Assembly: GCA_034189325.1 (NCBI GenBank)
Contig: JAXHUM010000010.1
Location: forward strand, 27,484-55,156
DNA: 27,673 nt
Source of the DNA: Thermodesulfobacteriota bacterium
GTDB lineage: Bacteria > Desulfobacterota > DSM-4660 > Desulfatiglandales > Desulfatiglandaceae
Direction: 5' to 3'
Part shown: positions 25,659-27,673 of the stretch, one piece after another
Layout: each line of letters starts with the position of its first letter
Position numbering within the stretch: the stretch's first letter is position 1
Notes under the pieces: generated by a model
Told to the model about the DNA's origin: nothing
What the model saw: only the letters and a program-made list of their open reading frames with translations
Databases searched by the model: none
Position numbers and translations under genes: made by a program

Positions 25659-27377
25659 ATGTCGAGTTTGATCTTTGCCTTTCTCTGTGTCATTGCAGCT
25701 GTATTCTTGCCGCGCTTAATTCCTAAGAGAAAAACGGTTTTAAAAGAAACAGGGGAGGGAGAGTTCTCAGAGGAAAATGTCAGATCGAATTTGGCACCCG
25801 TGGGAGTCGCGATTCGAATCGTAGGCTGTGTCATTGCCGCCTTCCTTGTATTATCAACCTCCTTTGTAATCATTGATGCCGACATGACCGGGCACCTGAA
25901 GCGGATATATCTTGGAAAGTCCATGAAACAGGGGCAAATCGTGGCGTTTGAGGGTGAAAAAGGACCTTTGGCAAAGATACTCCCACCCGGTTTCCACTTC
26001 GGTCTCTTGTTAAATGTGTTGCACGAGGTTGAAGAGAAACGGGTGCTGAATATACCAAGCGGAAAATACGGCTATGTCACCGCAAAAGACGGCCTTCCCT
26101 TGCTACCCGGTCAATACCTCGCAAGAAAGTGGAGCGAGGAAAACTTCAAAAAAATGCTGGATGCCGAGTATTTCTTGAAAAACGGCGGCCAAAAAGGATC
26201 TCAACTCACAGTCCTGACTCCAGGTAAATACAGGCTGAACCATTACCTTTTCGATGTAGAACTGCACGAGGCCACAGATATCCCGGCTGGTTTTGTGGGA
26301 GTTGTCAAGTCGAATGTCCAGGAGACAGACGTTTGGGAACTTGCCGATGTCTCATTCGATCTGGCTGGTTCCCTGGCAGTCCCTCTCGTGAAGAAAGGGT
26401 CTGTGGGGATTTGGGAAGAGGCCCTTTCCCCCGGCCGTTACTATCTCAACAAGGTTGCCTACAATGTCACTCAAGTCGATACAAGAGTGCAAACCTGGAA
26501 TTACAAAGGAGGATACAAACGCAGATATATTGATCTGCAGGTGACACAGGATGGGAGAATCGACCAAAAAGAACGGTCTGAGGAAATAAAGATCCCTGGG
26601 CAGGCGGCTGATACGGCCATATTTACGAGGATGGAGGGGTGGCTTGTTCCACAGGAATTGAGAGTCCAGGTGCAGGTTGAGGCAAAAGACGCTTCTTTCC
26701 TGGTTGCTTCGGTGGGGAATGTTGAGGCGGCGGAGAACAAAATCGTTACCCCTTCCATCCGATCAGTAGTAAGGAATATTTGTGCCGGTGAAAAGGTGCT
26801 GAGCCTAATTGACGAAAATCGGACCCATGTAGAGGCACGTATTGAATCGGCCGTTATACCGGAAGGGAAGAAAGCTGGGATTACGATTAAGGATGTCCGG
26901 TTGGTAGATTCTGTAGTCCCTCCGGAACTCCTTGTCGCCAGACTCCGTGAACAGCTTGCCGAGCAACTTCAAGAAACATTCAAACGAGAAAAAGAGGCCC
27001 AGGATCAGAGAATCGAGACCCAAAAGGCCAGGGCCACCGCAGATCAACAACCTGAACTGGTCGCCGCTGAGATACGTGTGAAAATTGCGGATCGAGATAA
27101 ACAGGCAAGCAAACTTTCAGGAGAAGGTGAGAAGCTCAGATTGATAGAAATCGCCAGGGGACAAAAAACGCAGGTGGCGGTTCTCGGGGAGGACAGAGTG
27201 GTTGAGCTGGCCGTGCTCGAAAAAATCCTGAAGGCTGCAGTTGACAATCCCGATATTGTGAAGATACCCCATACCCTCGTGACGGGGAAGGGGACATCAC
27301 TGGAAGGGGCTGCTGCTATATTGGGAGCCAGTAATATCGGTAAAGGGGTCTCCAGTGTAGAAGATGGAAAGAAGTAA
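25659..27377 (+). CDS. Flotillin-like SPFH/band-7 family protein (YqiK/FloT-like)
   Basis: 572 aa. N-terminal TM. SPFH core …KILPPGFHFGLLLNVLHEV… and …PSIRSVVRNICAGEKVLSLIDENRTHVEARIESAV…GITIKDVRLVDSVVPPEL…. A long Glu/Ala/Gln-rich coiled-coil flotillin-type region follows (REKEAQDQRIETQKARATADQQ…). Confidence 0.8.
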   Translation: MSSLIFAFLCVIAAVFLPRLIPKRKTVLKETGEGEFSEENVRSNLAPVGVAIRIVGCVIAAFLVLSTSFVIIDADMTGHLKRIYLGKSMKQGQIVAFEGEKGPLAKILPPGFHFGLLLNVLHEVEEKRVLNIPSGKYGYVTAKDGLPLLPGQYLARKWSEENFKKMLDAEYFLKNGGQKGSQLTVLTPGKYRLNHYLFDVELHEATDIPAGFVGVVKSNVQETDVWELADVSFDLAGSLAVPLVKKGSVGIWEEALSPGRYYLNKVAYNVTQVDTRVQTWNYKGGYKRRYIDLQVTQDGRIDQKERSEEIKIPGQAADTAIFTRMEGWLVPQELRVQVQVEAKDASFLVASVGNVEAAENKIVTPSIRSVVRNICAGEKVLSLIDENRTHVEARIESAVIPEGKKAGITIKDVRLVDSVVPPELLVARLREQLAEQLQETFKREKEAQDQRIETQKARATADQQPELVAAEIRVKIADRDKQASKLSGEGEKLRLIEIARGQKTQVAVLGEDRVVELAVLEKILKAAVDNPDIVKIPHTLVTGKGTSLEGAAAILGASNIGKGVSSVEDGKK

Positions 27378-27472
27378 CACTTTGACGTTGCCTCCCGGAT
27401 CGACTATGGATGATAGAGTTGATCAGGCTTTTTTGCTTTCCTTTGGTGGTCTTGGGACAACAGGAGGCAGCA

Positions 27473-27673
27473 TATGCACTCCATGATACTCCCCGGTCTT
27501 TACAGGGTCGAGACAGGCAAACCAAGCTGTTTGTCCTATCTCGTTAAGACACCGGACCGCAACATCCTTCTCGATCCGGGAGTTGCCGACAACTTTGAGT
27601 TGCTCGCAGATGAAGTGCTTATGTGCCGAGCACACGGCCATGATGTGAGGGGTTATAAGGTCGATCTCTGGCT
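27473..27673 (+). CDS. Start of a metallo-beta-lactamase-fold-like protein (partial, runs off the right edge)
   Basis: RBS AGGAGG at 27461-27466. MHSMILPGLYRVETGKPSCLSYLV…ILLDPGVADNF resembles the N-terminal beta-strand and ILIDxG region of MBL-fold hydrolases. Only 67 aa are visible. Confidence 0.35.

Overview
The window is a 27.7-kb chromosomal segment at about 50% GC. Its gene content suggests an anaerobic Deltaproteobacteria/Desulfobacterota-like organism; this is a guess from gene content, not a search result. Left part, minus strand (1-7080): a tightly packed operon. It encodes a TonB-dependent outer-membrane receptor, a polytopic membrane protein with a His/Cys motif, a MotA/TolQ/ExbB proton channel, a short ExbD-like protein, and a signal-peptide-bearing CobN-type chelatase that runs off the left edge. 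Region 7.3-10.0 kb is the most striking part. It holds three tandem, same-orientation copies of a ~250-nt cassette on the minus strand. Each copy consists of a sigma-70-like promoter, a cobalamin (B12) riboswitch aptamer with a clear B12 box, and an intrinsic terminator acting as the expression platform. Each riboswitch sits in front of a different cargo: the TonB-receptor/CobN operon, an orphan receiver-domain protein with a Trp/Arg-rich tail, and a 65-aa microprotein with a strong RBS. Right part, plus strand (10.2-27.7 kb): a NitT/TauT-family ABC transporter (permease, ATPase, NMT1-like binding protein); an ArsR-family regulator; a translationally coupled ACAD10/11-like acyl-CoA dehydrogenase plus APH-like kinase pair; a three-gene signalling block (soluble PAS histidine kinase with a four-Cys motif, hybrid REC-PAS histidine kinase, sigma-54 NtrC-type regulator); a two-subunit 2-oxoacid:ferredoxin oxidoreductase (KorA/KorB-like); a membrane-anchored hypothetical protein; a zinc-ribbon protein; a flotillin/SPFH protein; and the start of an MBL-fold-like protein. 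No tRNA, rRNA, CRISPR array or transposase was recognised. All identifications come from motifs read directly in the translations and nucleotide sequence. No database search was run.
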